This document shows, piece after piece, positions 14,043 to 30,972 of a stretch of 64,000 bases of DNA (positions within the stretch are counted from its first letter, which is position 1; each line of letters starts with the position of its first letter). Below the pieces are notes generated by a model. It was given only the letters and a program-made list of their open reading frames with translations, searched no databases and had not been told where the DNA came from. The DNA is from Octopus sinensis (lineage: Eukaryota): contig NC_042997.1 in NCBI RefSeq assembly GCF_006345805.1, positions 132,742,001 through 132,806,000 of the forward strand, in the 5' to 3' direction. Position numbers and translations under genes: made by a program.

Positions 14043-14841
14043 CACAAATAAATATTATTTTAATCAGCCGGACTCGGAAGATGGAAGAAATCCTTGTTGT
14101 CGCTATTGTAGCTAAAAATATATTATACTCCCAAGAAAGGCATGAAGCTTACTGGGGACATAGCTTTCAAAAGATTGTCGTTCATTTCTAATATGTTTGT
14201 CTTTTTATGAACTACTAAACCTAAGACTAGAGGACTGTGTCTGTTTGGAACGAAGGGCAAGAGTGAATTGACAGCTCATGGCTAGGTATAGTCATAAATA
14301 TTGTCAAGATATTAGGAGTAGTAAATTGGATATAAAGTAACTGTTTATAAAGGAGGCTGGGTAGGGGAAGACCCCATATCATGATGTTAATTACCAGTTA
14401 TAGGGGCAAGACGCTGATAATACCTATGATATTAATTCGGGAGACATTTTATCATAGGATTGTTTATAAACAATATTGTTATGTTGTATAAAGATTAAAT
14501 TTAAGATTAACAAAAATGACATCATAACCAAAATAAGTAAAATGTATATATATACCCTACTAGGAATGACCAAGTTTTTATAAATCTGTTGGATCTCACT
14601 CATAAGGGAATCTTACATTGCTTATAAACTCTATATTTGGAAGGACTCATATTAAACTCTCTTGGACTTTGGGATTTTACTCAAAGGATATTGGAATATT
14701 GCATATATACCATTATGCCTATAAAACGGATTTACAAATTCAATACCCATACATATCTTGCATTTATTTTCTTTCCTCCACCTCACTCTCTATTTTGTAT
14801 CACATCGAAACTAACTATGACTTAATTTTTTCTCTCATACC

Positions 14842-14893
14842 GTCTCCGATGAAGGGATATTATTAATTAATATCCTAGAAACAGCTGTAAGAC
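14842..14893 (+). ncRNA. Minimal type I hammerhead (CCGATGA variant) in a PLE tail ending about 14965
   Basis: GTCT CCGATGA agGGATAT..ATATCCta GAAA CAGCTG TA AGAC. The tail runs into (TA)n. Confidence 0.75.
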
Positions 14894-15364
14894 CTTCTAT
14901 CTATAAATGCTCTAATATCTATACAGCCTTGGTTTTTTTTATCTTATTACGCAAAAAATTCTTATATATATATATATATCAATTTTCAACATTAAAAAGG
15001 AAAGATTACTAAGAATCAGTTTAATATTTATTCACCTACTCAATTATTTACTTCTTAGGTGGTTTCTATAAAGACTGCTCTGAGCATTTACTTATGGAAT
15101 ACTAGAAAGATAAACATGTTATCTACATATTAATTATAAGTCAAGAATCAGAAAAAAATAAAGAGACGCACACATACTTATCTATGTGCAAATATGCACA
15201 CATATATTTATACGTTTATATGGATATAGTATGACCATCTCGCATAGACTTAAGTAACTAAAAAGTATCTATTTACGAATAAGAAAGATAACAATTTAAA
15301 AGGGATAAGAGGTTAATAGGTTATGCACATATATGCATATATATATATACATACATACATATAT

Positions 15365-15457
<93 letters not shown>

Positions 15458-16722
15458 CACAAATATTCATATGTTTGTATGGATATAGTATAACCATCTC
15501 GCATAGAAGTATTAACTGAAAAATCTGTATTTAAGAACAGTAACAACTTTTAGGGAAAAGAGGTTAATAGGTAAGGATATCAAAGTAAGAAAACAAAATT
15601 AAAAGGAATTTATAGAAAATGATAAGAAATATATATAACTTACATTTAAAGAGACTGGGTATTAAAATTTGAGGTAGGGAAGATATTAAGGTAACCCTAA
15701 AAGAGGGGGTAGTATGTTTAGGAGTAGTGAGGTCAGTCGGAGGTATTCCGAACGAAGATATTTTATAAGTTGCAATGTTACAGGTACTATTCCATATATG
15801 ATTTTATAGTTTATAGGGTGTATATAATTATGAGACTTACTTACATAAAATCCATTACAAATATACATAATATGATCAATAGGGTAGAACATCATAGAAA
15901 GAAACAAATAGCTTAATCACCGAAAACATGGTGAAGTCAGACTAACTAGGTAGGGGCTTTCATGGGATAATATTTACATATAGTACACCACATACCATTA
16001 TATATAGCTTATAACATATGCAATGCAATTTAATTCACCATATAGCTCAATATCCCATGATTTCATTATATATATAATACTATAGGGTAAGTTTACAACA
16101 GATACGACACCAAAATTAATTTCCATCATCAAAGATCGTGCATGGCACCTAAAATCGCTAATTTCGAAGATACCTAAATGTACGGGTGACGTTATGTGCG
16201 CATGATACCCTTAGGTCTAATCTATTATTAATCAGGTTGTTCTTGTCCTTATATATATATAATAATTAATTGTGACATATGAGGATATTTGTATCTCTGT
16301 CTCTGTCTCTCTGATTCTCAGGATAAATATATATATATATATATATATACTTATTTGTCACATTTATAAATCATAGTATTAGCATCATACATTGCAAGTT
16401 TTAGTATGTAGCAACGAGGATACTAGTAACAACGTTCGGAAGCAATTATCCTAATGCTGATTGAGCAACGACATTCTTACGTAGCATAAAGAAGCTCGGA
16501 ACTTGAAACAAATCGAGAACTACTTCAAAGTAACAATAGGGGAACAAGATAGATACTAAACACAAGCAGGCAAAACGATGTAATAAGGTGAATATGAATA
16601 AATTATTGTATACATACAGATATGTGTGTATGTGCGTGCGTGTGTATGTATTTATATTTATGTATGTCAGTCTGTCTGTCTGTCTGTCTCTGTCTGTCTG
16701 TCTCTCTGTCTCTCTGTCTCTC

Positions 16723-16795
<73 letters not shown>

Positions 16796-16824
16796 TATAT
16801 ATATATATATATAATATATATATA

Positions 16825-17407
16825 CAATACATTGATTGATAAAAGCGGTGAGCTGGCAGAAACGTTAGCACACCGGGCGAAATGCATAGCGGTATTTCGT
16901 GTCTTTACGTTCTGAGTTCAAATTCTGCTGAGGTCGATTTTGCCTTTCGAGGTCGACAAATTAAGTACCAGTTGCGTACTGGGGTCGATTTAATTGACTG
17001 GCCACCTCCCACCAAATTTCGGGCCTTGTGCCGAGAGTAAAAAAGAATACATCGATTGGTAAATACATATATACACCATATATGTATATGTCAATATATT
17101 ATATATATATATATAATATATATATATAATATATATACAATACATTGATTGATAAAAGCGGTGAGCTGGCAGAAACGTTAGCACACCGGGCGAAATGCAT
17201 AGCGGTATTTCGTGTCTTTACGTTCTGAGTTCAAATTCTGCTGAGGTCGATTTTGCCTTTCGAGGTCGACAAATTAAGTACCAGTTGCGTACTGGGGTCG
17301 ATTTAATTGACTGGCCACCTCCCACCAAATTTCGGGCCTTGTGCCGAGAGTAAAAAAGAATACATCGATTGGTAAATACATATATACACCATATATGTAT
17401 ATGTCAA

Positions 17408-17410
<3 letters not shown>
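16825..17410 (+). repeat. Tandem duplication (313-bp period) of a family A SINE plus its flanks
   Basis: 16825-17095 and 17138-17408 are essentially identical and separated by (TA)n. Confidence 0.9.
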
Positions 17411-17461
<51 letters not shown>

Positions 17462-17487
17462 ATCCAAATACACACACACACACACTG

Positions 17488-17790
17488 GCTCTCCGTCGGT
17501 TACGACGACGAAGCTTCCAGATGATCCAATCAAAGGACCATCCTCCTCATGAAATTAACGTCCACTGAGCACTCCACAGACACGCGTACCCTTAACGTAG
17601 TTCTCGGGAAAATTCGGCGTGACAAAGAACGTGACAAGGCTGTTTTTTTGAAATACAGGTACAACTCATTTTTGCCAGCTGAGTGCAATGGAGCAACGTG
17701 AAAGAAAGTGTCTTGTTCAAGGACACGACGTGTCACCGGGAATTGAACTCATGACCTTATACCGTAAACCGTATACCTTAAACAACATGA
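17488..17790 (-). mobile_element. tRNA-derived SINE, family D (CORE-like middle)
   Basis: Minus strand GAGTTCAATTCC..GTGTCCTTGAACAAGACACTTTCTTTCACGTTGCTCC..CACTCAGCTG, shared with the 40120 and 51040 copies. Confidence 0.75.
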
Positions 17791-18759
17791 AATGCGAAAA
17801 CAACTGAGTTGAATACGCAAATAACGAGAGAAATAAATGGAAAACAGGGCAAGTAACATAAAGGACGACCCTTCGTCACTTGTCAGCCGTCCATCTACTC
17901 CTCATTTCTAACATGCATTGAACGACAATATGAGTCTTCGAAGATAGTTGCTCCCACAAAAGCCAAAATAAAATTTGGGATTTATGGAGGGTCAAAGTTG
18001 GTAACAAAAACAGGACAGTGGAGACATAGAAGGAAACCGAATGAAAACAAACATGGGGGGCCGTTAGAACAAACGAAGTTAAAATAGCAAACGCTGGAGA
18101 AATATTTTCTTTGACAAGAGGAGATTGAAGAGAGAGAGAGAGAGAGATAGGATACGTGCAGTCTTTGCGACAGCCCTGAAGGAAAAGAAAGATGATCACG
18201 CGAGGAAAAGAAAGATGGACGATTGTCACGTGTGAGCAACGAGAGAGAGAGAGAGATAGAGAGAGTAAAGGGGAAAGATGGAGAGAGAAAGAGAGTAAAG
18301 GAGAAAGATGGAGAGAGAAAGAGAGGCACACAGATAGAAAACGGTGAAGGGGAGAAAAAATAATTTAAGAGAAAAGATGAGACAGAGAACGATAGAGGAA
18401 GAGAACAGTATAGATAGGGTCGCATAAAAAATATTAAGATAAACTTACTTGGAAGTGGATATGTATATGGCAATAATAAAACACGCATTAGAAACTAACT
18501 ACACTGAAGAAAATTTTTTAGATAAATACAAAACCACAATATTCGTTTTAAAATTTACGGAAAAGCAAAATTCACAGAGGAATTCAAAAATATGCTAACA
18601 CACGAACAAAAATTTCGAAAGAAAAATCAAATAGAAAAATAAAAGCCTTATAGTCAATAGTTTCGACTACAAAGAAGAAAATACGGAATGAGGGCCAAGA
18701 CTGGCTCAAATGCTCTCTGCTAAAATCAAAATTAACTATGAGAATGGAATAATCCTTTC

Positions 18760-18900
18760 TAGTAAAAGCACAAGACCTGGGAGATTTGGGGGTGTGGGGA
18801 ACTAGTCGATTACATCGACCCCAGTGTTTCACTGGTACTTAATTTGAACCCAGAATGTAAAGACGACAAAATACCCCTAAATATTTTGCCCGGCGTGCAA
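18760..18900 (-). mobile_element. Degenerate, internally deleted family A SINE
   Basis: GTCGATTACATCGACCCCAGTG..ACTGGTACTTAATTTGAAC. Confidence 0.65.
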
Positions 18901-20137
18901 ATAAGAATAGAATAATGAAAAAACAAAATGGCTATTATCAAAGGTAGACAGGGGAATCTCAACCGTGTTTCGCGGTCTGCTACCACAACAGCTCCTTTAT
19001 AGGATCCAGTTAGCTCAAGATATCATCAGGAGGAACCACGTTCGGTTTCGGCCCCTACTCCTCTACCGTTTTGACGTGGAGCCCCCACCCCTGTCGGAGG
19101 TGTCTTCAGCTCTGGTGTTGGCTGCATGTCTTCTTTCTTTTTCTTTCTCCTGTTCCCTGGCCTCTTCGATGTAGCGTCAACGAATGTCAGCGGGCGACTG
19201 ACTGTCTTGTCAAACTTTAAACGATACCGTCATCTGTCAATCAGCGAAACTAATTCAGTGTCAGCTTGTCTCACCTAGTGATGTTATTTTCCGCCGGCAT
19301 GTTATGACTTTCAAGCCATTTTTGCTCGCTTCAGCCATATATAGAAGCTGGCTTTTTCGACCGCCTCATAATCAGTATATTTACAGACGCAAATGTGTGG
19401 GCTTCTACATCCATTGGCCAACATGTCAAAACCTTAAAATAAGATGGAATAGGAAGTGATATAAATATGTATCAAACAGTGCTTGACACCAGCTTGGCTA
19501 CACAGATCTAGGACATGTCAGTTCTGATAGACATGAAGATAAGGAAAAATCAGTCAGATATGTTACTTAAGACGGTAATGAAAATTCCTGATTCCTGACA
19601 GATTAACACGCCTTTCTGAACAAAAAAACATCCGGTACGGAATAGAAGGATCTTGGTACAGAAATAAGCACGTTATAGAGCAGTACAATTAATAACTGAT
19701 ACAGTATGAATATTAATTGATAAAGAAGAATATGAATAAAATGATAAAAATGTGCCAGGGTCCACGATTCAAAACATAATTAACAACGGTTTTGCAAGAC
19801 GCAGCCCACATCCTACCCAAGACACTTTTATCCCGCGCGCGAACACACACACACGCCACACATATTACATTCTTTGCACAGTAAACAACGATGTAGAATA
19901 CAACTGTATATTGTCTAAATAATGTCCACCCAATAATTTAACATAATTCATTTAACACATTCTCTATTGAATCACTACACAATTCTGTAAAGCAATGCAT
20001 ATAGCTCCCAATCTTACCTTATCGACTGCTTATACCATAACACATAATGACAACCAATTGAAGGAGCCTTCAAATAACGCCCGGTTCTACTTTGTTTTGT
20101 TTATTCCTTCTCTTGCCATGCCTGGCTCATATGAACG

Positions 20138-20302
20138 AAAGTTGTGGCGAAAAAGTCAGCAGAAGTTCGCCATTACCTTCTGCCGGAGCCGCATGGGGCT
20201 TAGGTGTTTCGCTCATAAACACACACATCGCCCGGTCTGAGATGAACCCGCGATCCCTCGACTGCGAGTTCGCTGCTCTAACCACTAGGCCATGTACCTC
20301 CA
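20138..20302 (-). mobile_element. SINE family B 5' part
   Basis: Reverse complement matches the 2372 and 12524 head. Confidence 0.75.
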
Positions 20303-21887
20303 CCCAGTTCTAATTTACTTTTCATCCATTCGAGTATCGGTCGAGAAAGTATCAACATTGTATCCTAGTCGATGCTTCTCTTTCTTGCATCCAGCATTTC
20401 TCCCTGTCAGTCCATCTTTCTGGTTGTCTGTGATTGTCTATCTGCATGTCTGTCTCCGTCACTATCTCCCTTTATGGAGGAATTTGGCTGTGGTCGGACA
20501 TAGAAAGAGCTAGGATCTACTTCACATATGCCATATGTGAGGGATCCGCCTCATGCATGCCTCAGATATGTCGCACGTCACGAGGTTGTCTCTTTTGCTC
20601 GATCAAGAAGAAAATACCCAGACAACTCTTTAACACACTTCACCACATAACCAACAATTCACAGACGCAGCCTAATAAACTAACATAACAAACACGGATA
20701 ACAAGTATCTGATGATATAACGCAATTCCTACTGCGCATATTTTACACAAAGAACAGGCGAAACACTGATGTCACGCCAGAAACATCAAAAAGAAGAAAA
20801 GCCACACAACAAATATATACCATGCAAATACATCTCTATTGCACCTTCCCCAATACCCCTAGAATAATCGACAATGCTGAACAAACCTCCGGAACTCAGA
20901 GACGTACCTGGTGGGGTAGTAGAATCTCACGGAAACAACAGAAACACAACAATATATTGAATGATAAGTATGATATTTTATTAATACAGCTACTATGACT
21001 GCAAATATTATTGTTAAATATGCCTTGTGGCAAATGCATAATGGAGAAGTCCATAAGATATGAAAGAAAAAAAAATCAAAGACAACTGAATGATTGTGTG
21101 TATGCGCATGAGTGCCTGTACATCAAACACTGTGTGTAACGAAAGTAACTCGAGGCAAATTTTGCAGACAAACTTCCCCAAGCTCTGTTAAATGTTAAAT
21201 CAAGACGGAGTAGGTCTTCGATTGAGAAAGAATATAAAAGAGACAAGTCATATTTCTCACCTTAGTTGAAAATATCAGATCAAGAATTTTAATTATATAC
21301 ACTTCTTGAAAGAGGGGGAATAAAGATCCGACCTCTCCTCTCTCTACCTCCCTCCCTCCCGCCCCCTCTCTCTTTGTATATAATATGAAATTTTAAAATC
21401 GATTTAAAGATTAATCTTATTCTCATTTATATATATATATATAAATATATACTGTACACACTTTTAATAATTCTCCACTTTCGCAAGGGCCTAAAATAAC
21501 ATAAAACAGCCACGTTTAAAAAAGAATGGCAAAGATATTTATAAACACATAGCCCATAGTCTCTGCCACCATACAAAAAAGACAAAAGAATTTCTACATA
21601 ATTAATCAAATTGATTATTGAACAATGAACCCCTAGAAACCTACAGACCAACATCTTTTACACCTACTCATATCCTCTTGTGAACATCACAGCACAAATT
21701 AGACAGATTTCTTTACTAACAACGCCATAACATGCTAAACTAATAACTCGCCTTCCCGATACAAAAGGAAATACCCTAAATAACGACATACGACAAGTAA
21801 AGAATCCAACCAGTCAAAACATACAAGCTACTCGCATTCTTTTGTGGACCCTTACAAGATTCCATTACAAATGTTGACAGCTAGTTA

Positions 21888-22343
21888 CTCTCTCTTTTAC
21901 TCTTTTACTTGTTTCAGTCATTTGACTGTGGCCAAGCTGGAGCACCGCCTTTAGTCGAGCAAATCGACCCAGGACTTATTCTTTGTAAGCCCAGTACTTA
22001 TTCTATCGGTCGTTTTTGCCGAACCGCTAAGTTACGGGGACGTAAACACACCAGCATCGGTTGTCAAGCGATGTTGGGGGGATAAACACACAACCATATA
22101 CACACACATAGATACATATATATACATATGCATACATATATATACATATATATTTATATACACATACATACATATATATACATATATGCGACAGGCTTCT
22201 TTCAGTTTCCATCTACCAAATCCACTCAAGTCTTTGGCCGGCCCGTGGCTATAGTAGAAGACACTTGCCCAAGATGCCACGTAGTGGGACTGAACCCAGA
22301 ACCATGTGGTCTGTAAGCAAGCTACTTACCACACAGCCACTCC
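21888..22343 (-). mobile_element. SINE family C (internal microsatellite)
   Basis: Reverse complement reads GGAGTGGCTGTGTGGTAAG..GGTTCAGTCCC..GGCAAGTGTCTTCTACTATAGC..(TA/TG)n..AAACAAGTAAAAGAG. Confidence 0.9.
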
Positions 22344-22411
22344 ACTAAGTTTTTAAATACTGGACTAAACTTCGAACCTCTGACCTTTACATTATCAAAG
22401 CAAAGGATTAA

Positions 22412-22945
22412 CCTGTAACGAGTCGAAATGGGTCATTTTGACCCGTGGCCTTTTTATTTCTTTTAATGAGCATCAAATGACATTCATTGTTCTCTTCATT
22501 GTCAAAAATGCTTGTTTAGAACACAGAAAGGGAAATAGAAGTAATTATTCATCACAGTGAACTTAAATACACTTTATCTTTTATTCCACACGATCCTTGC
22601 AGGTTGTTGGTCCCTGGTACTCCTTGCATATTGGTTTGGAACATTTTCAGCAGTACGTATGTCTTTCGATCTTTTCCAGCACAGAATGCGCATCAAGCTC
22701 TTCGCCATTCCCTTGGGAAACAGCCGTAAGGATGTACAGGAACTAATGGAAAATCAATTACCAATCTGGAAGCACAGGTTTCAATAATCTTTCGCAAATC
22801 ATCCTCTATTCCAGATCTATTTTGCAAGCGTATTTCAAGTTGTTCCCTCAGAATTTCTTTTCCAAGTGATCTAAAAAATTCTCTTCGAGACAGTAGACCA
22901 TCCTTCTCCTTATTCCAAATGTATATCACAAAGGAGTTCGAGCAA
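22412..22945 (-). mobile_element. piggyBac 3' end with transposase C-terminal remnant
   Basis: TTAA|CC terminus at 22408-22413 and subterminal palindrome GGGTCATTTTGACCC. Minus strand reads NSFVIY..SRREFFRSLGKEI and a Cys-rich tail CAFC..KDRKT..YC*KCSKPICKE. Confidence 0.8.
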
Positions 22946-23714
22946 ACTTTGCCATTGCAGAACCTTACACTCATTAGTACACTTATAAACCAAATTTTTC
23001 CCATGATGGGTTCACCATCATAGGATGCTTGTGCCATACCATCCGCAACATTGCACCTACTAGCTGGCACTGTGCATATGAACTTTTACCTCCGTAACAC
23101 GGGCCATACCTTCAAATCCACCACTGTATTTCTATGTAAATATAATGTGAATTTCTATGTAAACATAATGCGAACTACTGCCTAAATTCACCCTTTCTAA
23201 AAGCTCTTCCCATGAACGACTATACTCACCTACCACCATTGGACAAAGAAACATGGATCCTGGAATACATCACGAGAAGTTTGTAGCTTATTTCCCCTTC
23301 CTTTACCTAATTCATTTTAATAAGTTGTACTTCTCTCACAGCCTCATATTTGCTCCTATTTTTTTCTAGCCCTTTTTAAATAATGATAAATACACTGTAC
23401 CTATTGTTAACTGTTTATTATATGTATTAGCCCTCTTAACCATTTAGACCCCCTGAAAAAGCCTGGAGGCAGACTCGTCATCAAAACCTTATCTGCCTAT
23501 CCCTACAAAACACTGAAGAGATGGAGATGGCATGAAGGATTTCGTTGCCTCTTGGCAGAAACGGCTCTTTTCTGTAATATTAATGTGTGTGTAACACATA
23601 GTTACTACATGTTTATGTTTTCTTTTAATACTTTCAAATGCTTTGGAATAAATAGACACACTGAATGTCTACCGGCTGACGTATGTCGTTTGTATCCTCT
23701 CCATTTTCTTATTT

Positions 23715-23762
<48 letters not shown>

Positions 23763-23879
23763 CATGCATACAAACCTATACGCACACATACACATAAACA
23801 AATGTGCTGACAAACAGCTGTAAAATCTGTTTACCAATTTAATATTGAGTTGCATACATTCTTTAACGGCGCAGAAATT

Positions 23880-25030
<1,151 letters not shown>

Positions 25031-25633
25031 TTCTATGTATAACACATCCACTGAGACATAATTTGATATATTTTTCATTTACTTTTATTAGATTATATCT
25101 ATTAAGTCTTAATACTTTTTGATATCAGGGTAAATCAATATGTAAAAACGTGAAGCCATACAAACTATAAGCGTATGTCTAATGCTTGTGTATAGATATT
25201 AAAGATATACATACATGTAAGTTTATTATTGTATTTGTCTATACGTGTGTGTCTAGCACATATGCATAACTAGATAGATATATGGTGTATACATACTCAG
25301 TTTTATTATATTTGTTTTCTTGATGATCACGTCCATGTCTGTTGTGCTTCAGAGTGTTTCTCTAGAAGTGTAGATGTGTGTCTTTATTCATATGCTAACA
25401 AAGCTTTTTGCCGACGCGAGATTAAATGGAAAAGTCAAGAGAAAAGGAAAGTGAAACTAAAGCTATGTAAAATAATTTGCGTACTGTTTATTTTTATCTT
25501 AATCTATATTTATCAATCTTGCCGTTATATCTTTTAGAGTTCCTCATTATCTTGCATTACATTAATCTTTTTCTCTCGTTTCAAAATTACTGCTATAGTA
25601 TTTATTTATGCATTGCTATTGTTGTGTGGTAGA

Positions 25634-25866
25634 AAGGCGGCGAGCTGGTAGAAACGTTAGCACGCCGGGCGAAATTCGTAGCCGTATTTCGTCTGTCGTT
25701 ACGTTCCGAGTTCAAATTCCGCCGAGGTCGACTTTGCCTTTCATCCTTTCGGGGTCGATAAATTAAGTACCAGTTACGCACTGGGGTCGATGTAGTCGAC
25801 TTAATCCCTTTGTCTGTCCTTGTTTGTCCCCTCTGTGTTTAGCCCCTTGTGGGTAGTAAAGAAATA
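25634..25866 (+). mobile_element. SINE family A (young monomer)
   Basis: 17-bp TSD TATTGTTGTGTGGTAGA at 25617-33 and 25867-83. Confidence 0.92.
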
Positions 25867-26359
25867 TATTGTTGTGTGGTAGATTTAATAAGGCCTTCGA
25901 AAAAAATGTCTGTGGTATTTAATGAAGGCTAGGTTTTAAGTTCGAAATCTACAAGCGTCGACTTCATAGTTTCTTATGCCATGTTCGATTAAGGAATTTA
26001 TTTTTTGTTTGCTAAATACTTACGTTAATTTAATTTAATTTAATCAACTAATACCCTATACCCACCTACCGGGGATTTTTTTTTTAATCTGTCCTTGCGC
26101 ATATATTTGAAACAATATAAGTCTGCATCCTGGCAGAATCGTTAGAGCGTGGAAAAATTAACACACCATACATGTTCAAGCCCTGTATATTTTGTATTCA
26201 GATACAGACAAGGTAGAGTTTGCCTTTCATATATTGGAGGTCGATGAAATAAAGTACTGCTTAAGTAGTGGGATTAATGTTTTAGCCTAACATTCCACCA
26301 TCAAAATTACTACTTTTCTGCCTAAATTAAGGACAATAATCAGTATAACTAAAGGTTAT

Positions 26360-26366
26360 ACTACTG

Positions 26367-26404
<38 letters not shown>

Positions 26405-26468
26405 GCCACTACTGCCACTACTGCTTCTACTGCTGGTGCTGCTGGTGCTGCTGCTACCGCTGCTGCTG

Positions 26469-26504
<36 letters not shown>

Positions 26505-26505
26505 T

Positions 26506-26552
<47 letters not shown>

Positions 26553-26650
26553 GTAGTAAATAGTTGTAGTAATAATAATATTTATTATCCTGAATATTAT
26601 TATTATTATTATTATTATCATTATTATTATTATTATTATTATTATTACTA
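26360..26650. repeat. (CTA)n/(CTG)n/(TTA)n trinucleotide repeats
   Basis: Seen directly. Confidence 0.95.
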
Positions 26651-26651
26651 A

Positions 26652-27030
26652 GGCGGCGAGCTGGCAGAATCGTTAGCACGCCGGGCGAAATGCTTAGCGT
26701 CTGCCGCTACGTTCTGAGTTCAAATTCCACCGAGGTCAACTTTGCCTTTCATCCTTTTGGGGTCGATTAAATAAGTACCAGTTACGCACCGGGGTCGATA
26801 TAATGGACTTAATCCGTTTGTCTGTCCTTGTTTGTCCTCTCTGTGTTTAGCACCTTGTGGGTAGTAAAGAAATAGGTATTTCGTCTGCCGCTACGTTCTG
26901 AGTTCAAATTCCGCCGAGGTCGACTTTGTCTTTCATCTTTTCGGGGTTGATTAAATATGTTGAACACAGGGGTCGATGTAATCGACTCCTCCCCACCTTC
27001 CCCAAGCTGCTCTTGTGGCAAAAATTTCAA
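26652..27030 (+). mobile_element. SINE family A, dimeric form
   Basis: Head, core and tail 1, then a second B-box/core module and tail 2. Confidence 0.85.
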
Positions 27031-27234
27031 ATGATTATTGTTACTATGGTGATGAGCTTGGCAAAAAAGCAAACTGGGGAAAATGCCGCTAAGCATTTTG
27101 TTCTGAGTTCAAATTCCGAAGAGACTGACTTTGCCTTTCGTCCTTTCGAAGTCGAGGAAATAAGTATCAGTTGAACACTGGGGTCAATTTAATCGACTTA
27201 TTCTCTCCTACCAAAACCTGCTCGCCTTGCGCCA

Positions 27235-27575
27235 AACCCCATGGTTCCGGGTTCAGTTCCACTGCATGGCACCTTGGGCAAGTGTCTTCTGCTATAGCCT
27301 CGGGACGACCAAAACCTTGTGAGTGGATGAAAGAAGTCTGTCGTATGTATATATCTATGTATGTGTGTGTGTGTCTCTGTCTGTGTTTGAACCCCCAACA
27401 TCGCTTGACAACCGATGCTGGTGTGTTTACGTCCCTGTAACTTAGCAGTTCGGCAAAAGAGACCGATAGAATAAGTACTAGGCTTATAAAGAATAAGTCC
27501 TGGGGTCGATTTGCTCGACTAAAGGCGGTGCTCCAGCATGGCTACAGTTTAATGGCTGAAACAAGTAAAAGAATA
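27235..27575 (+). mobile_element. SINE family C fused behind a degenerate family A copy (27050-27234)
   Basis: CATGGTTCCGGGTTCAGTTCC...GCGGTGCTCCAGCATGGC..AAACAAGTAAAAG. Confidence 0.85.
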
Positions 27576-27589
27576 AATGAATTATTGAG

Positions 27590-29290
<1,701 letters not shown>

Positions 29291-29325
29291 ACAGCCTATC
29301 AGTGTATTATTATTATTATTATTAC

Positions 29326-29972
29326 TTTTTTTTTCTTCTTTCAAATTTGCTTCCATTTCTTGCCGAGTGTCTTCCCGACTCCTAGAGCAAAGAAACTCAT
29401 AGTATACATTGGTAGGCCATTAAACCAAACTCAATAGTTCGTTCATTTATTTATTTTTTTTTTTTAAAGTTAAATTAAAATACATGAGCAGCAACAGTTC
29501 TCACATCGACAATGCTCTTCTCAATACGTTTGATGTACCAGTTAAGACAATCTTTTGCACTTCTTGCAGGGATGGTAAGCCAGGGATCATTCTCATATAA
29601 TTTTCGGTTCCCTTCTTGATCATTCCTAGTGCTCCTACGATCACTGGTATTGTAACCGCCTTGAGATGCCACATTTTCTCAATTTCAATGAGTAGGTCTT
29701 TATATTTTCTGAGCTTGTCAAACTCTTTCGCTGAGATATTATGATCACAGGGGATGCTCATGTCGATCAATAAGCAAACTTTATTGTTTTGGTCTTTCAC
29801 AACAATATCTGGTTTATTGGCCTTGATGGTTCGGTCTGTATGTACTGGAAAGTCCCACAGAATGGTTACATTTTCTCCTTCAGTTACAGCCTCAGGGTGG
29901 TGATTATACCACTTGTCGGCAGTTTTGATATTGTAATGCCGACTTATTAGCCAGTGTAGATATTGGCCAACT
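29326..29972 (-). mobile_element. Second RLE-class LINE 3' fragment (R4/Dong-like); ORF open 29501-29972
   Basis: ILWDFPVHTDRTIKANKPDIVV..LLIDMSIP..KLRKYKDL..PVIVGALG..LQEVQKIVLTGT (PD..D-x-K RLE). (TAA)n on both sides. Confidence 0.9.
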
Positions 29973-29992
29973 TATTATTATTATTATTATTA

Positions 29993-30029
<37 letters not shown>

Positions 30030-30208
30030 TATTAATATTCTTCTTCTCCTTCTCCTTCTCCTCCTTCTTCTTCTTCTTCTTCTTATTATTATTATTATTA
30101 TCATCCTTGTAATTAATTTATAAAAGAAGCCGCTATTATCATAACACATACGCACGTGCCCAAATCAAAATAATATCGCTCTTTTAAAAGCAGTTTATCA
30201 TAAATAAT

Positions 30209-30284
<76 letters not shown>

Positions 30285-30709
30285 ATAAATGTATGCATGT
30301 ATGTATATTGGAAAAAAATTGAAACAAAAGATATAAAAATTTAATCATGCATTACTATTTGTTATGATTAATTTTATTTTATTAGAAATTTGTTGTTGTT
30401 CCTTTTCGTTTTGTTTCTGATATTTGAAAACTTTATATTAATCTTTATCAACAAAGCTAAAATGTAGAATTACTATTCGAGGGTGACTTCATGTGAAATA
30501 AGTAATTGATTCAACAGTTTATCAAAATTCTTAATGGCTTCTTGACTATTATGAAACATGAAAAGTGACTTCAAAGTAATAAAAATACTGTTCACAGAAA
30601 GCCATGTTAATGACTTTTTAAGTAATTTGTGTGTGTGTGTGTGCGTACCTGTGTGTATGTGTGTGTGCCTGTGCGCGCGTGCGCGTGCGTATGTGTCTGT
30701 TTCTGTATG

Positions 30710-30753
<44 letters not shown>

Positions 30754-30938
30754 CATGTATGAATGCAATTATGTGTGTATATATATACATTATATAATAT
30801 ATTGTATTATATATACCTATATGTATATATATCTATACATATATATATATCTAGATATATATATGCATAAACATATGTATGAGTGTATATGTATAAATGT
30901 GTGTGTGTGTATGTATGTATCTTTCTATGCATATATAC

Positions 30939-30972
<34 letters not shown>

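Noticed and set aside
18940-19300. Moderately GC-rich segment with ORF 18965-19174
   Set aside because: No splice, terminal-repeat or protein evidence to call it.
20705-20778. CTGATGA...GAAACA..TGTC hammerhead-like string
   Set aside because: No stem I or convincing stem II.
21625-21880. ETYRPTSF resembling the LINE RT YRPISL motif
   Set aside because: Single short motif with no downstream RT motifs.
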